Of a stretch of DNA of 64,000 bases, positions 41,990 through 51,038 are shown one piece after another (position 1 is the first letter of the stretch; each line of letters opens with the position of its first letter). Below the pieces are notes generated by a model, which was not told the DNA's origin, ran no database searches, and worked only from the letters and a program-made list of their open reading frames with translations. The position numbers and the translations under genes were made by a program. Location: positions 64,001 through 128,000 of the IMG/VR virus record IMGVR_UViG_3300030117_007612, one strand, 5' to 3'. Origin of the DNA: a virus (Duplodnaviria > Caudoviricetes).

Positions 41990-42187
41990 ATGGCACAAAC
42001 AAAAGCATTTTTAGACACATGGTTGTCAAAGTTGACCTCTCGGAAACTTATGGTCTGGATAACAGCCACTGCCCTTACTTACGTGGGTCATGTGAGCAGC
42101 GAAGATTGGGTTATAATTTCTGCAATTTATATTGGCGGCCAAACAATAATCGATGGCATTGCTCGCCTCCGGGGTCATAATGATTAA
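41990..42187 (+). CDS. Putative holin-like small membrane protein
   Basis: 65 aa from the ATG at 41990 (AGGAGG SD), two hydrophobic segments; SRK before the first TM segment is typical of small holins. Confidence 0.55.
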   Translation: MAQTKAFLDTWLSKLTSRKLMVWITATALTYVGHVSSEDWVIISAIYIGGQTIIDGIARLRGHND

Positions 42188-42563
42188 AAAACAAATTGTT
42201 GAATTTGTAATAAAATATTGGAAGGAAATAGCAGTAGCGGCATTGGTGGTGGTGGTGATTTTAAAAATGAAGCATGATTACAAACTGATGCAAACCGCTT
42301 ACGAAACTAGAATAGAATCCACACAAGCCCAAATCGAAGGACTAAAGGAGATTCACAAAAAAGAATTGGAAGAGAAGCGACTCCTGATGGAAAGTTTCCT
42401 AGAATCAATGGCAGCAATTGAAAGCGATTACGAGGAGGCAAGAGCAGAACTTGAAGACCTCCGACGAGATAAGAAAGAAGATTATACAAAAAAGTTCAGA
42501 CAAGACAAGGAACAACTAATTAAAGATATAGAAACAACATTCGGGATTGAGTATGTTCCTTAA
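42180..42563 (+). CDS. Putative i-spanin-like protein (N-terminal TM + coiled coil)
   Basis: Start corrected to the ATG at 42180, overlapping the holin stop; WKEIAVAALVVVVILKM TM followed by a charged helical region. Confidence 0.5.
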   Translation: MIKKQIVEFVIKYWKEIAVAALVVVVILKMKHDYKLMQTAYETRIESTQAQIEGLKEIHKKELEEKRLLMESFLESMAAIESDYEEARAELEDLRRDKKEDYTKKFRQDKEQLIKDIETTFGIEYVP

Positions 42564-42975
42564 ATTACTACTAATGTTGTCACTGGCGGCAAATGCAACC
42601 GAGCCCGCTAAGTTCACTATGTTAGAGTACAAACAGCCAGCACCCTTTGAGGGTGTTTTGTTTAATGAATTTGCAATATCAACAGTGCTATCTGATTATG
42701 AAATAGCCGCCTATTCATGCGATATAAGAACTGATTATGAATTAAAAAAGTTGCAAGAAAAATATAATTTTGAATTTGAAAATCTAAAAATAGAACACAA
42801 CTCGCTGATCAATGAGTACGATTTATTCATAATGCAGAAGGATAGAGAAATAAATTCTTTAACCACTGCTCTAAAAAAAACTTCGCCCCGCTACAAATGG
42901 CTGTGGTTTGCTGGTGGGATCCTCATTGGTGGTGCAAGTTCATATGGCGTATATAAATTGTACAATGAAAAATGA
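42553..42975 (+). CDS. Secreted coiled-coil protein with C-terminal TM (spanin-like partner?)
   Basis: MFLKLLLMLSLAANA signal-peptide-like N-terminus without lipobox Cys; coiled coil; C-terminal WLWFAGGILIGGASSYGVY. Confidence 0.45.
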   Translation: MFLKLLLMLSLAANATEPAKFTMLEYKQPAPFEGVLFNEFAISTVLSDYEIAAYSCDIRTDYELKKLQEKYNFEFENLKIEHNSLINEYDLFIMQKDREINSLTTALKKTSPRYKWLWFAGGILIGGASSYGVYKLYNEK

Positions 42976-43351
42976 AAAAGATCTAAATTACATCGCCGCC
43001 GTCGAAAAAGCAATTGCAAAGAAATATGGACAAGAGACGGTACAAAATCCGAAAGGAAATTGGGACGATGAAAAGGAAAAAGAGTACCTTCAACAGATCA
43101 AGGAATTTGCGCAAAAACAACGCAAAATCGAAGAAGGCTCAGAGAAGGTAGATGTTAATGGCATTTTGGTGTCAAAAAAACTACTTAATAAAGAACCCGC
43201 AGGTTCTTGTCCTGTTTGCGGAAAGTATCTTTCTATTGCAAAAGATGACATATGCATCGCAAAATTTAATTGCTGCTTTCAGTGTTACGTAAAATGGGTC
43301 GAGGATCGAGAGGAAAGATGGGCATCTGGATGGCGACCAAATGAAGATTGA
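42965..43351 (+). CDS. Hypothetical protein with C-terminal Cys cluster (putative zinc finger)
   Basis: Start at ATG 42965; CPVC...C....CCFQC. Confidence 0.6.
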   Translation: MKNEKDLNYIAAVEKAIAKKYGQETVQNPKGNWDDEKEKEYLQQIKEFAQKQRKIEEGSEKVDVNGILVSKKLLNKEPAGSCPVCGKYLSIAKDDICIAKFNCCFQCYVKWVEDREERWASGWRPNED

Positions 43352-43649
43352 CGACATTAGAGATTTGATAAGACAAGAGCTTCTTAGTAGAACAAATCAT
43401 GACGTACGTGAAATTAAAAACGAAGTAAATGAGCCACAGCCACCCGACAATGAAGGTCGCATGGCGAAGTCGGAATTATATAAGCTTAAGAATTATGCAG
43501 AAAAGGTAAGCGACATGATAAGCGACACAGAACAACTAGAAGGGTGGGTCCAGTCAAAAATAACTAAGGCTGCTGACTACTTAAGCTCAGTTGCGCACTA
43601 TTTAGAGTATGAGAAATCAAGAGAGTTTTCTCAAGAAGGAGAAGAATAA
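43341..43649 (+). CDS. Small head-module protein with leader-helix variant
   Basis: MKIDDIRDLIRQEL N-terminus; EGRMAKSEL...EGWVQSKITKAADYLSSVAHYLEYE helical domain. Confidence 0.65.
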   Translation: MKIDDIRDLIRQELLSRTNHDVREIKNEVNEPQPPDNEGRMAKSELYKLKNYAEKVSDMISDTEQLEGWVQSKITKAADYLSSVAHYLEYEKSREFSQEGEE

Positions 43650-44206
43650 TGGCTTCAGTGATGGACGTAATCAAAGGATTATCGCAAGCCGCAGCCAATG
43701 TTTACGACGGAGCATTGGATGAAAATGGTAATTATTTAGACGTTGGACTTAGAAGAGAGGAAGGCAACCCCCTAATTGATGAGAGAGTCATTGATGGTTT
43801 TAATGTGAAATTTCATGGCAATAGAATGATACTTTGTTATCATACCGCCGTCAAATTAAAAGAAATCCACAACGGCGGCTTTGAATCAGAAATAGAAAGT
43901 CAAATAAACCAAATCGCCAAATTTTTAAAAACTGAATATCGCAAAGTTACAGGCGACAATGTTTCGCTCACTGCGGAAGGTGAAGTTGACATTTTGGTGC
44001 AAAGCGCTGGCTATCATCGCTCTTGGATTCAGGCTTACATGACTTATAACATTGGCGGCATTGAAGAAGTTCAAACTGTTGGCCAAGCTAGTGAAGATTC
44101 TATGGAGGCTTCTTATCGAAAATTTCTCGATCAAGGAGGCTTTAAAGAGAAGGAAACAAAATCTCGCAAAGCCAATGTTAAAGCAAAGGATAATAAGGAT
44201 AAATAA
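43649..44206 (+). CDS. Hypothetical protein
   Basis: 185 aa, TAATG-coupled, AGGAG SD. Confidence 0.7.
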   Translation: MASVMDVIKGLSQAAANVYDGALDENGNYLDVGLRREEGNPLIDERVIDGFNVKFHGNRMILCYHTAVKLKEIHNGGFESEIESQINQIAKFLKTEYRKVTGDNVSLTAEGEVDILVQSAGYHRSWIQAYMTYNIGGIEEVQTVGQASEDSMEASYRKFLDQGGFKEKETKSRKANVKAKDNKDK

Positions 44207-44209
44207 ATT

Positions 44210-44659
44210 ATGAAACTTACAAAAGAAATACTTAGAGAGATCATTAAGGAAGAAATAGAGAATGCCCGCGATGTGTCAGAGGGCCCTATTGGCTCCGTTG
44301 CCCCTATGTCCACTACAGGCCAACGACGCCCACGTGGCACTGCTCCAAGTCGACCAGTAGAGGAGCCGGATGCTGCAGTGGGTGGGGAAACGACCATGGA
44401 AATTGGAGCTGTCGAAAACATTAAATCGAGACTGGATCAATATATCGCCCAGCCCGGAAACCAAATGAAAGGAAGATTCAACGGTTTGCTCAATTTTCTT
44501 GATGCATATTTGGCCTCTCAAGGTTTGGGCGTTAAAGGCGATTATAGAAAAGAGCGCGGTACCGATACACAACGTAGAACTAAATCAAGACAGGTTGTGC
44601 AAAGAGGCAAAGGCTCTGCTGCTGGCATTGGATTAAAAGAAGGAGAATCCGAAGAATGA
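44210..44659 (+). CDS. IIxEE-leader family protein
   Basis: MKLTKEILREIIKEEI N-terminus. Confidence 0.7.
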   Translation: MKLTKEILREIIKEEIENARDVSEGPIGSVAPMSTTGQRRPRGTAPSRPVEEPDAAVGGETTMEIGAVENIKSRLDQYIAQPGNQMKGRFNGLLNFLDAYLASQGLGVKGDYRKERGTDTQRRTKSRQVVQRGKGSAAGIGLKEGESEE

Positions 44660-44754
44660 AAAACGTACTACACAGATTAGCAAACTTATTTAATAGCGAA
44701 CACTGCTGCTGCTGCTGCGGCTGCTGTAGTTGCGCCGGAGCATGTTGCAAATGA
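44656..44754 (+). CDS. Cys-rich microprotein (32 aa, 10 Cys), metallothionein-like
   Basis: MKNVLHRLANLFNSEHCCCCCGCCSCAGACCK*; ATGA overlaps with both neighbours; AGGAG at 44641; absent from the ORF track because of its size. Confidence 0.7.
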   Translation: MKNVLHRLANLFNSEHCCCCCGCCSCAGACCK

Positions 44755-44981
44755 AAATCACAAAAGAACAATTGCGTAAGATTATTATGGAGGAGATATC
44801 CTCTGAAGGTGTTGTTGACATGGGCGGCGAGCCAGTTGTCACTGGCCCAGAAGGTGATGCATCCGGAGAGGCCCAAGCCGGCGCTCGCCTTAAAGATGTT
44901 ATTTTATATCTCGAAGGTAATGAAAGAGACGACTTGGCCGAACCACTTCGCAAGATTCAAGAAATGCTAGAGATGCTATAA
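44751..44981 (+). CDS. IIxEE-leader family protein
   Basis: Start corrected to ATG 44751: MKITKEQLRKIIMEEI. Confidence 0.7.
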   Translation: MKITKEQLRKIIMEEISSEGVVDMGGEPVVTGPEGDASGEAQAGARLKDVILYLEGNERDDLAEPLRKIQEMLEML

Positions 44982-45009
44982 TTATCGGCAGCAGGATAGG
45001 AGACTCACA

Positions 45010-45438
45010 ATGAAGATTACTGAATCGGAAATCATAAAATATATTAAAGAAGAGATGGAGTCTGATTCGGCTTTAGCTGATGCAATTGTAAAACTGTCCA
45101 ATAAGATAGACAACCTAGACGTGAGCATTGACTATCTGGCATCGGCTCTTACTGGCGAAGATGTTTTAGATATTGGCCTCGCGCAAAAAGCTTTTGGCAG
45201 ATTCAGAGCCGCCCCAACTGTAAGTGTTGGCCGTTCTGACATGTCAGAGGGCCTCGTTACAGAAGATGTCTACGACGAGGCGAAGCAAATTGCTAAAGAT
45301 CCCAAACAGATAGATCATCTCTTCCAGCTTCTACAGGCCGTCGTTAGCGTAGCTGCTGATATGAATATGATGGGTATGCGGCTAATGAAATTAGGAGATC
45401 TTCACAAACATGCGACAGAAAAATTCAAAAACAATTAG
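45010..45438 (+). CDS. IIxEE-leader family protein
   Basis: MKITESEIIKYIKEEM; AGGAG SD. Confidence 0.7.
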   Translation: MKITESEIIKYIKEEMESDSALADAIVKLSNKIDNLDVSIDYLASALTGEDVLDIGLAQKAFGRFRAAPTVSVGRSDMSEGLVTEDVYDEAKQIAKDPKQIDHLFQLLQAVVSVAADMNMMGMRLMKLGDLHKHATEKFKNN

Positions 45439-45685
45439 TAAGTTACAACTTAGGCAGATTGTCAAAGAAGAACTTAGGGCCGTTTTGAACGAAGGGCATT
45501 ATCATGACATGGGCGGCGAAGACGAAATGTACGATGCTTTGGATCCACATGGCATTGCAAAGATGTCAGATGCACAATTAGTAGATGCTGCCTACCGTGA
45601 TGGAATTGAAGAAATTCTAGTTTTAGACAACGAAGGCGATCTTGTAAATCGTGAAGAAGTCATAATGGCACTGAAAAATGTATGA
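45410..45685 (+). CDS. IIxEE-leader family protein
   Basis: ISKLQLRQIVKEELRAVLNE near the N-terminus; stop overlaps the terminase start. Confidence 0.65.
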   Translation: MRQKNSKTISKLQLRQIVKEELRAVLNEGHYHDMGGEDEMYDALDPHGIAKMSDAQLVDAAYRDGIEEILVLDNEGDLVNREEVIMALKNV

Positions 45686-47265
45686 GCTTTCAATTAACCA
45701 AAAAAGATATGATGAAAGAGATCCTAAAGTGCGGCAAGGATCCGACATACTTTCTTAATACATATGCAAGAATTTCACACCCCCTGCACGGCACTATACC
45801 TTTCAGAACATACGATTTTCAACAAGAATTACTAGACGATTTTAATGATTATCGTTTTAATGTGATATTAAAAGCCCGCCAGTTAGGTATTTCGACCATA
45901 ACTGCGGGCTATGTTGTTTGGCTGATGTTGTTTCATCGCGATAAAAACGTTTTGGTTATGGCAACCAAGTTTGGTACCGCCGCAAACCTCGTTAAAAAAG
46001 TCAAAAGCATAATGAAAAACCTGCCTGACTTTATAAAAATTGCAGAAATTTCTGTTGACAACCGTACATCATTCGAATTATCAAATGGATCTTTTATTAA
46101 AGCTTCCTCAACTTCTGGTGATGCTGGTCGTTCTGAATCACTCTCCCTGCTTGTGCTTGATGAGGCTGCTCACATTGAGGGACTAGAAGAGTTGTGGACC
46201 GGTCTATATCCCACGCTGTCAACGGGTGGTAGGTGTATTGCACTATCAACCCCAAATGGTGTTGGAAATTGGTTTCACAAAACATACATGGAAGCTGACT
46301 CTGGGGCAAACAATTTTCACCCCACGAACTTACCATGGGATGTGCATCCAGATCGCGATCAGCAATGGTTTGAAAAAGAGACAGCAAATATGTCTAGACG
46401 ACAAATTGCTCAAGAGCTAGAGTGTAATTTTAATACTTCTGGCGAAACTGTAATTGATCCGGAAGATTTGGAAAAGCTAGCAAAAAACGTGAGAGAGCCA
46501 AAATACAAAACAGCATTTGATAGAAATTTTTGGATTTGGGAAGAGCACGATCCATCGTGCAATTATCTCATGGTTGCTGATGTTGCAAGAGGCGATGGGA
46601 CCGACTATTCTGTATTTCACATTATCAAGCTTGAAACTTTAGAGATCATAGGGGAATACCAAGGGAAACCCACACCAGACTTATTTGGCAATATGATTAA
46701 TCAAATAGGTAGAGAGTTTGGAGATTGTTTGGTTGTTGTTGAAAACAACAGTATCGGATACGCTGTATTGGAAAAATTGGTTGAGTTTGGATATCCGAAT
46801 GTTTACTATTCAGTTAAGTCAACACATGAATATATCGATCAATATCAAGCCGAAAGCCAAACAAATGCGGTGATGGGCTTTTCAACTACTTCAAAGACGC
46901 GTCCTTTAATAGTTGCCAAACTTGAAGAATTCATAAGAAATGAACTAATTACTGTGAATTCTGGTCGTTTAATAAACGAAATGAGGACTTTTATTTGGCA
47001 GTACGGAAAACCACAGGCCATGAGAGGGTACAACGATGACTTGGTTATGTCGTTGGCAATTGCATGTTGGATTAGGGACACCGCACTCCAAGTTAACCAA
47101 AGAAGCATGGATTATCAAAGGGCTTTTTTAAGCTCTATAGTCTACACAAAAACGAGTTTTGATACTACAATTAAGGGAATGGACAAAAACAAAAGCACAA
47201 AAATGACCGATAGAATAGCTGAACAAAAAGAAAGCTATGATCATTTAATGTGGCTAATAAAGTGA
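45682..47265 (+). CDS. terL: Terminase large subunit (T4 gp17-like)
   Basis: KARQLGIST Walker A, LLVLDEAAHI Walker B, STPNG motif III, nuclease VADVARG...DYS and NDDLVMSLAIA. Confidence 0.97.
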   Translation: MSFQLTKKDMMKEILKCGKDPTYFLNTYARISHPLHGTIPFRTYDFQQELLDDFNDYRFNVILKARQLGISTITAGYVVWLMLFHRDKNVLVMATKFGTAANLVKKVKSIMKNLPDFIKIAEISVDNRTSFELSNGSFIKASSTSGDAGRSESLSLLVLDEAAHIEGLEELWTGLYPTLSTGGRCIALSTPNGVGNWFHKTYMEADSGANNFHPTNLPWDVHPDRDQQWFEKETANMSRRQIAQELECNFNTSGETVIDPEDLEKLAKNVREPKYKTAFDRNFWIWEEHDPSCNYLMVADVARGDGTDYSVFHIIKLETLEIIGEYQGKPTPDLFGNMINQIGREFGDCLVVVENNSIGYAVLEKLVEFGYPNVYYSVKSTHEYIDQYQAESQTNAVMGFSTTSKTRPLIVAKLEEFIRNELITVNSGRLINEMRTFIWQYGKPQAMRGYNDDLVMSLAIACWIRDTALQVNQRSMDYQRAFLSSIVYTKTSFDTTIKGMDKNKSTKMTDRIAEQKESYDHLMWLIK

Positions 47266-47274
47266 GTTTAAAAT

Positions 47275-49236
47275 ATGGCAATTAATCCTAAAAATCCAAG
47301 AAATCCGCAATCTCAATTATTCAAGAGTTTGACAAGATTGTTTTCCGGACCAATCATTAACTATCGTAGTCAGACCGGTCGAAAGATCAGAAGACAACAC
47401 TTGGATAAATATTCGTCAAGGTTCCGTTCAGCCAGTGGGCAACAGTTTAAACGGAGTACCTACAATCCACTAGACGTCGTTGCTGTTAATGCAATTGCAA
47501 ATCAAAGAAGAAGCGAAAGATATATTGACTTCGATCAAATGGAATACATGCCAGAGATTGCCTCGTCCTTAGACATATACGCAGATGAGATGACAACACA
47601 TTCAAGTCTCCAGCCAATGTTAAAAATACACTGCACCAACGAAGAAATCAAAGCAGTGCTTGATGTTCTGTATCACAACATAATGAACATTAATTACAAT
47701 TTATTTGGATGGTGCCGAACGATGTCTAAATACGGCGACTTCTTTTTGTATTTAGATATCGACGAAAAATATGGAGTTAAGTCAACCATAGCCCTGCCCT
47801 CTCAGGAGGTCGAAAGGCTTGAGGGATTAGACGCAACAAACCCAAATTATATTCAATATCAGTGGAATAATGCCGGAATGACGTTTGAGAATTGGCAGAT
47901 ATCTCACTTTAGAATCTTAGGAAACGATAAGTATGCGCCATACGGTACATCAATTTTAGAGCCGGCCCGAAGGATTTGGCGCCAACTTACTTTAATGGAA
48001 GACGCAATGATGGCATATCGTGTCATTCGCTCACCAGAGAGAAGGGTCTTCAAGATCGATGTTGGTTCAATTCCACCACAAGATGTCGAACAGTATATGC
48101 AAAAAATTGTAACACAGATGAAGCGCCACCAAGTTGTTGATCCTGACACCGGGCGCGTTGACCTTAGATATAATCCATTAAGTATTGAGGAGGATTACTT
48201 TATTCCTGTTCGTGCAAATTCCTCATCTGATATAACAACGCTCCCGGGCGGCTCGAACGCAACAGAGATTGACGATATTAAATATTTAAGAGATAAGCTG
48301 TTTTCTGCATTAAAGGTGCCACAATCTTATTTGTCACGCGGCGAAGGCGCCGATGAAGACAAAACGACATTAGCACAAAAAGATATCAGATTCGCAAGAA
48401 CCATTCAAAGATTACAGCGCGTTGTAGTATCTGAGTTAGAAAAGATTGGAATCATTCACTTATACACATTAGGTTTTAGAGGAGACGATCTTCTCAGTTT
48501 CAAGTTGGCATTAAACAATCCATCAAAAATCGCAGAACTGCAGGAACTTGAACACTGGAGATCTAAATTTGATACGGCCGCTGCAGCAAATGAGGGTTAT
48601 TTTTCGAGACGATGGGTTGCTGAAAAACTATTCAATATGTCCGAAGAAGAATTCCTTCGCAATCAAAGAGAGTTGTTTTATGATCGCAAGCAGGATTCTG
48701 CGTTGCAAGCGATTGCCGAAGCAGGCGCCCTCGGCGCCGAAGGCGGCGGATTGGGTGGCGATTTGGGTGGTGACCTAGGAGGCCTCGAAGCCGCCGAGGG
48801 ACCCGAAGCAGATCTAGAAACCGCACCGCCCCCCGCCGATGAGGTACCCCCGGGTGACGAATCAATGCTTCTCACTTCCCCAGAGGGCCCACCCCCGGGC
48901 CATAGAGATTCGCCTACAATTTATAAATCACCAGACGGCCATGGCACCAGCAAATATCATAGAGTAAAAGTCGACCAACGTCGTCTTGGGGCTTTAAGAA
49001 GAAACATGGCTAGGGCTGCCTCTCCGGAGGTAAATACCTATAGAAAGAACAATCTAGGCGCGCCAGAATTAAGAACCCATGCTCGCGGAAGTATTTACGA
49101 GCAACAAGGCCCTATTTATAATGACAATGAAAATCGTCTGTTCGAAATCAATCACGAAGTTAGGGGCTTAATTAAGTCGCTTGAAGAAAAAGAAAACATA
49201 GTGGAGTTAAAAAAGGATGAAACCAAAGCACAATAA
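47275..49236 (+). CDS. Portal vertex protein (T4 gp20-like)
   Basis: ARRIWRQLTLMEDAMMAYRVIRSPERRVFKIDVG, EDYFIPVR, DDIKYLRDKLFSALKVPQS; directly after terL. Confidence 0.96.
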   Translation: MAINPKNPRNPQSQLFKSLTRLFSGPIINYRSQTGRKIRRQHLDKYSSRFRSASGQQFKRSTYNPLDVVAVNAIANQRRSERYIDFDQMEYMPEIASSLDIYADEMTTHSSLQPMLKIHCTNEEIKAVLDVLYHNIMNINYNLFGWCRTMSKYGDFFLYLDIDEKYGVKSTIALPSQEVERLEGLDATNPNYIQYQWNNAGMTFENWQISHFRILGNDKYAPYGTSILEPARRIWRQLTLMEDAMMAYRVIRSPERRVFKIDVGSIPPQDVEQYMQKIVTQMKRHQVVDPDTGRVDLRYNPLSIEEDYFIPVRANSSSDITTLPGGSNATEIDDIKYLRDKLFSALKVPQSYLSRGEGADEDKTTLAQKDIRFARTIQRLQRVVVSELEKIGIIHLYTLGFRGDDLLSFKLALNNPSKIAELQELEHWRSKFDTAAAANEGYFSRRWVAEKLFNMSEEEFLRNQRELFYDRKQDSALQAIAEAGALGAEGGGLGGDLGGDLGGLEAAEGPEADLETAPPPADEVPPGDESMLLTSPEGPPPGHRDSPTIYKSPDGHGTSKYHRVKVDQRRLGALRRNMARAASPEVNTYRKNNLGAPELRTHARGSIYEQQGPIYNDNENRLFEINHEVRGLIKSLEEKENIVELKKDETKAQ

Positions 49237-50038
49237 AAAAAGAAATACTGCTTTTATATACGAATCTTTAATTAAAGAAATTACTAAAAGTATTATTGAA
49301 AAAAATGATAAAAAGAAAATCAAAACACTGAAGATAGTGAAGAAATATTTTTCAACTGGGTGTATTTTGAGAGAGGAGCTGGAACTTTACAAGAGTCTTT
49401 ATGAAAACTGTGCTTTGGAGAAAGACGAATGCGAAAAAGTTCTCAAAGAAGCTAAACTGCAACATAGATTCCTAAACCCACAGGTAGTGTTTAAGCAGCA
49501 GACAAAACTAATCAACGAGATTAACAAAGAATTAAGCTCGGATGTTTATAACAATTTTATTCCAAACTACAAAACCTTGGCATCCATATCTCAGATATTT
49601 AGTGGAAAACTAAACCCCAAGTCATCGATATTGTTGGAAAAAGAAATAGTTCAATATATGTGTGATACTTCCACTATTGATGAAAAAAATCTCAAACCAA
49701 TTGACAACCTTGTATTAAAGTCGTTTATTGGCAAATTCAATGAAAAGTATTCAAATGATTTATTAAGCGAGCAAAAATTGCTTTTAAGTCATTATATATC
49801 TTCTTTCTCGGATAACGGTGTTCAATTAAAAATGTTTTTGAATGAGGAATTGAGCAGATTAAAAACTGAATTAAAGAAATCACTATCTTTGGATGAGATT
49901 TCAAGCGATTCCATAATGTGTGAAAAAATAAACACCCTAATGGAAAAACTCAATTCTTATTCTAAAGTTGCAATAGATGAGAAAATGCTACGACAGATTT
50001 TAAAAACCCAAAATTTAGTTAAGGGAATTTATGAATAA
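49217..50038 (+). CDS. Hypothetical head-module protein
   Basis: 273-aa helical protein beginning KHNKKRNTAFIYESL, overlapping the portal end. Confidence 0.7.
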   Translation: MKPKHNKKRNTAFIYESLIKEITKSIIEKNDKKKIKTLKIVKKYFSTGCILREELELYKSLYENCALEKDECEKVLKEAKLQHRFLNPQVVFKQQTKLINEINKELSSDVYNNFIPNYKTLASISQIFSGKLNPKSSILLEKEIVQYMCDTSTIDEKNLKPIDNLVLKSFIGKFNEKYSNDLLSEQKLLLSHYISSFSDNGVQLKMFLNEELSRLKTELKKSLSLDEISSDSIMCEKINTLMEKLNSYSKVAIDEKMLRQILKTQNLVKGIYE

Positions 50039-50586
50039 TGTCTGTTAGCGTATCCATTGGAAAAGAACTTAATAAGCCAAAACAAAATCTCATAAGGCTT
50101 GAATTAAATATTCGTAAAGCCCTCAATGGCGATCTTATGATTTTCGATCATGGTGATATTGATATTGTTTTAAGTCCTGATGGCAATAAAATTGTAACGT
50201 TCGCGAAGGAGAACATGTCCGATACGGTATACGGCGCCCAAAATAGATTGTTTACTTTCCTTAGAAAAAAAGGAGTGATTGTTCCTGAGTCAGTTCAAGC
50301 AGGCAATGTGTATGGCTCAATGGAAGCAGTCATATTAGAATCAGTTGATGAAAACTTAAGCTCATCAAAGATTGCATTGTTAAATATTTCAAAATTTATT
50401 GATGATGAGCGGCCTTACTTTGAATTCGTCGATAGTATTGTTGATGAGTTTGAAGATGACATGACGGATCCGGAAAATATCGATAGCACTGATTTGGGAG
50501 ATGTTGAGCACTCTGTTGAAAAGGGCTCTATTAGGAAGGGATATGTGAGAGATCCATATTCTTTAAGTTATTTATACACAATTTAA
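50038..50586 (+). CDS. Hypothetical protein
   Basis: 182 aa, TAATG-coupled. Confidence 0.7.
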   Translation: MSVSVSIGKELNKPKQNLIRLELNIRKALNGDLMIFDHGDIDIVLSPDGNKIVTFAKENMSDTVYGAQNRLFTFLRKKGVIVPESVQAGNVYGSMEAVILESVDENLSSSKIALLNISKFIDDERPYFEFVDSIVDEFEDDMTDPENIDSTDLGDVEHSVEKGSIRKGYVRDPYSLSYLYTI

Positions 50587-50587
50587 A

Positions 50588-50595
50588 CTATTTAT
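50588..50595 (+). promoter_or_regulatory. CTANTTA box (putative late promoter)
   Basis: CTATTTAT before 50623. Confidence 0.5.
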
Positions 50596-50622
50596 AAGAG
50601 AAAGGTTTTAGGAGATTAAAAA

Positions 50623-51024
50623 ATGCCAGCAAATTCATGGAGATATCCACCCGGCTTAAACAACGTTGGATCATACCAAGTATCGGGTATGCCATATATC
50701 ACAGGCTCGGCTTCATTGACTTCGGGTAGTGAACACAAGATATCGTTCCCGAAAGTAACACGTGCTGTGACGGTGATGAACCACTCAAGTAACACTCTAA
50801 GGTTTTCGTTTGCCCCTACGGGGTCTAACGGAGATAGGGTTCAAACAGGGTTTCATTATATTGAACTAGATAGTGATGAAGATTCATTTAAATTGAATGT
50901 TAAATGTAAGGAGATTTATGTATCTTCTACAGCGGGCACAGTTGAGTATCGTGTTATTGCGGAATTGACCAATATTGATACCAATTCCATGGGTCCAATA
51001 TCCGGCTCTGGACTCACTGATTAA
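50623..51024 (+). CDS. Small beta-rich virion-like protein
   Basis: GLNNVGSYQVSGMPYITGS N-terminus; AGGAG SD; upstream CTATTTAT box. Confidence 0.65.
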   Translation: MPANSWRYPPGLNNVGSYQVSGMPYITGSASLTSGSEHKISFPKVTRAVTVMNHSSNTLRFSFAPTGSNGDRVQTGFHYIELDSDEDSFKLNVKCKEIYVSSTAGTVEYRVIAELTNIDTNSMGPISGSGLTD

Positions 51025-51038
51025 GAAGGGCAATAACA

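Noticed and set aside
44678-44780. Poly-Ala reading of the GCT/TGC repeat instead of poly-Cys
   Set aside because: That frame has a TAG at 44678 and no start codon afterwards; only the Cys frame has ATG/TGA coupling.
45682-49236. Inteins or introns in terminase or portal
   Set aside because: The lengths are normal and there are no intein or homing-endonuclease motifs.
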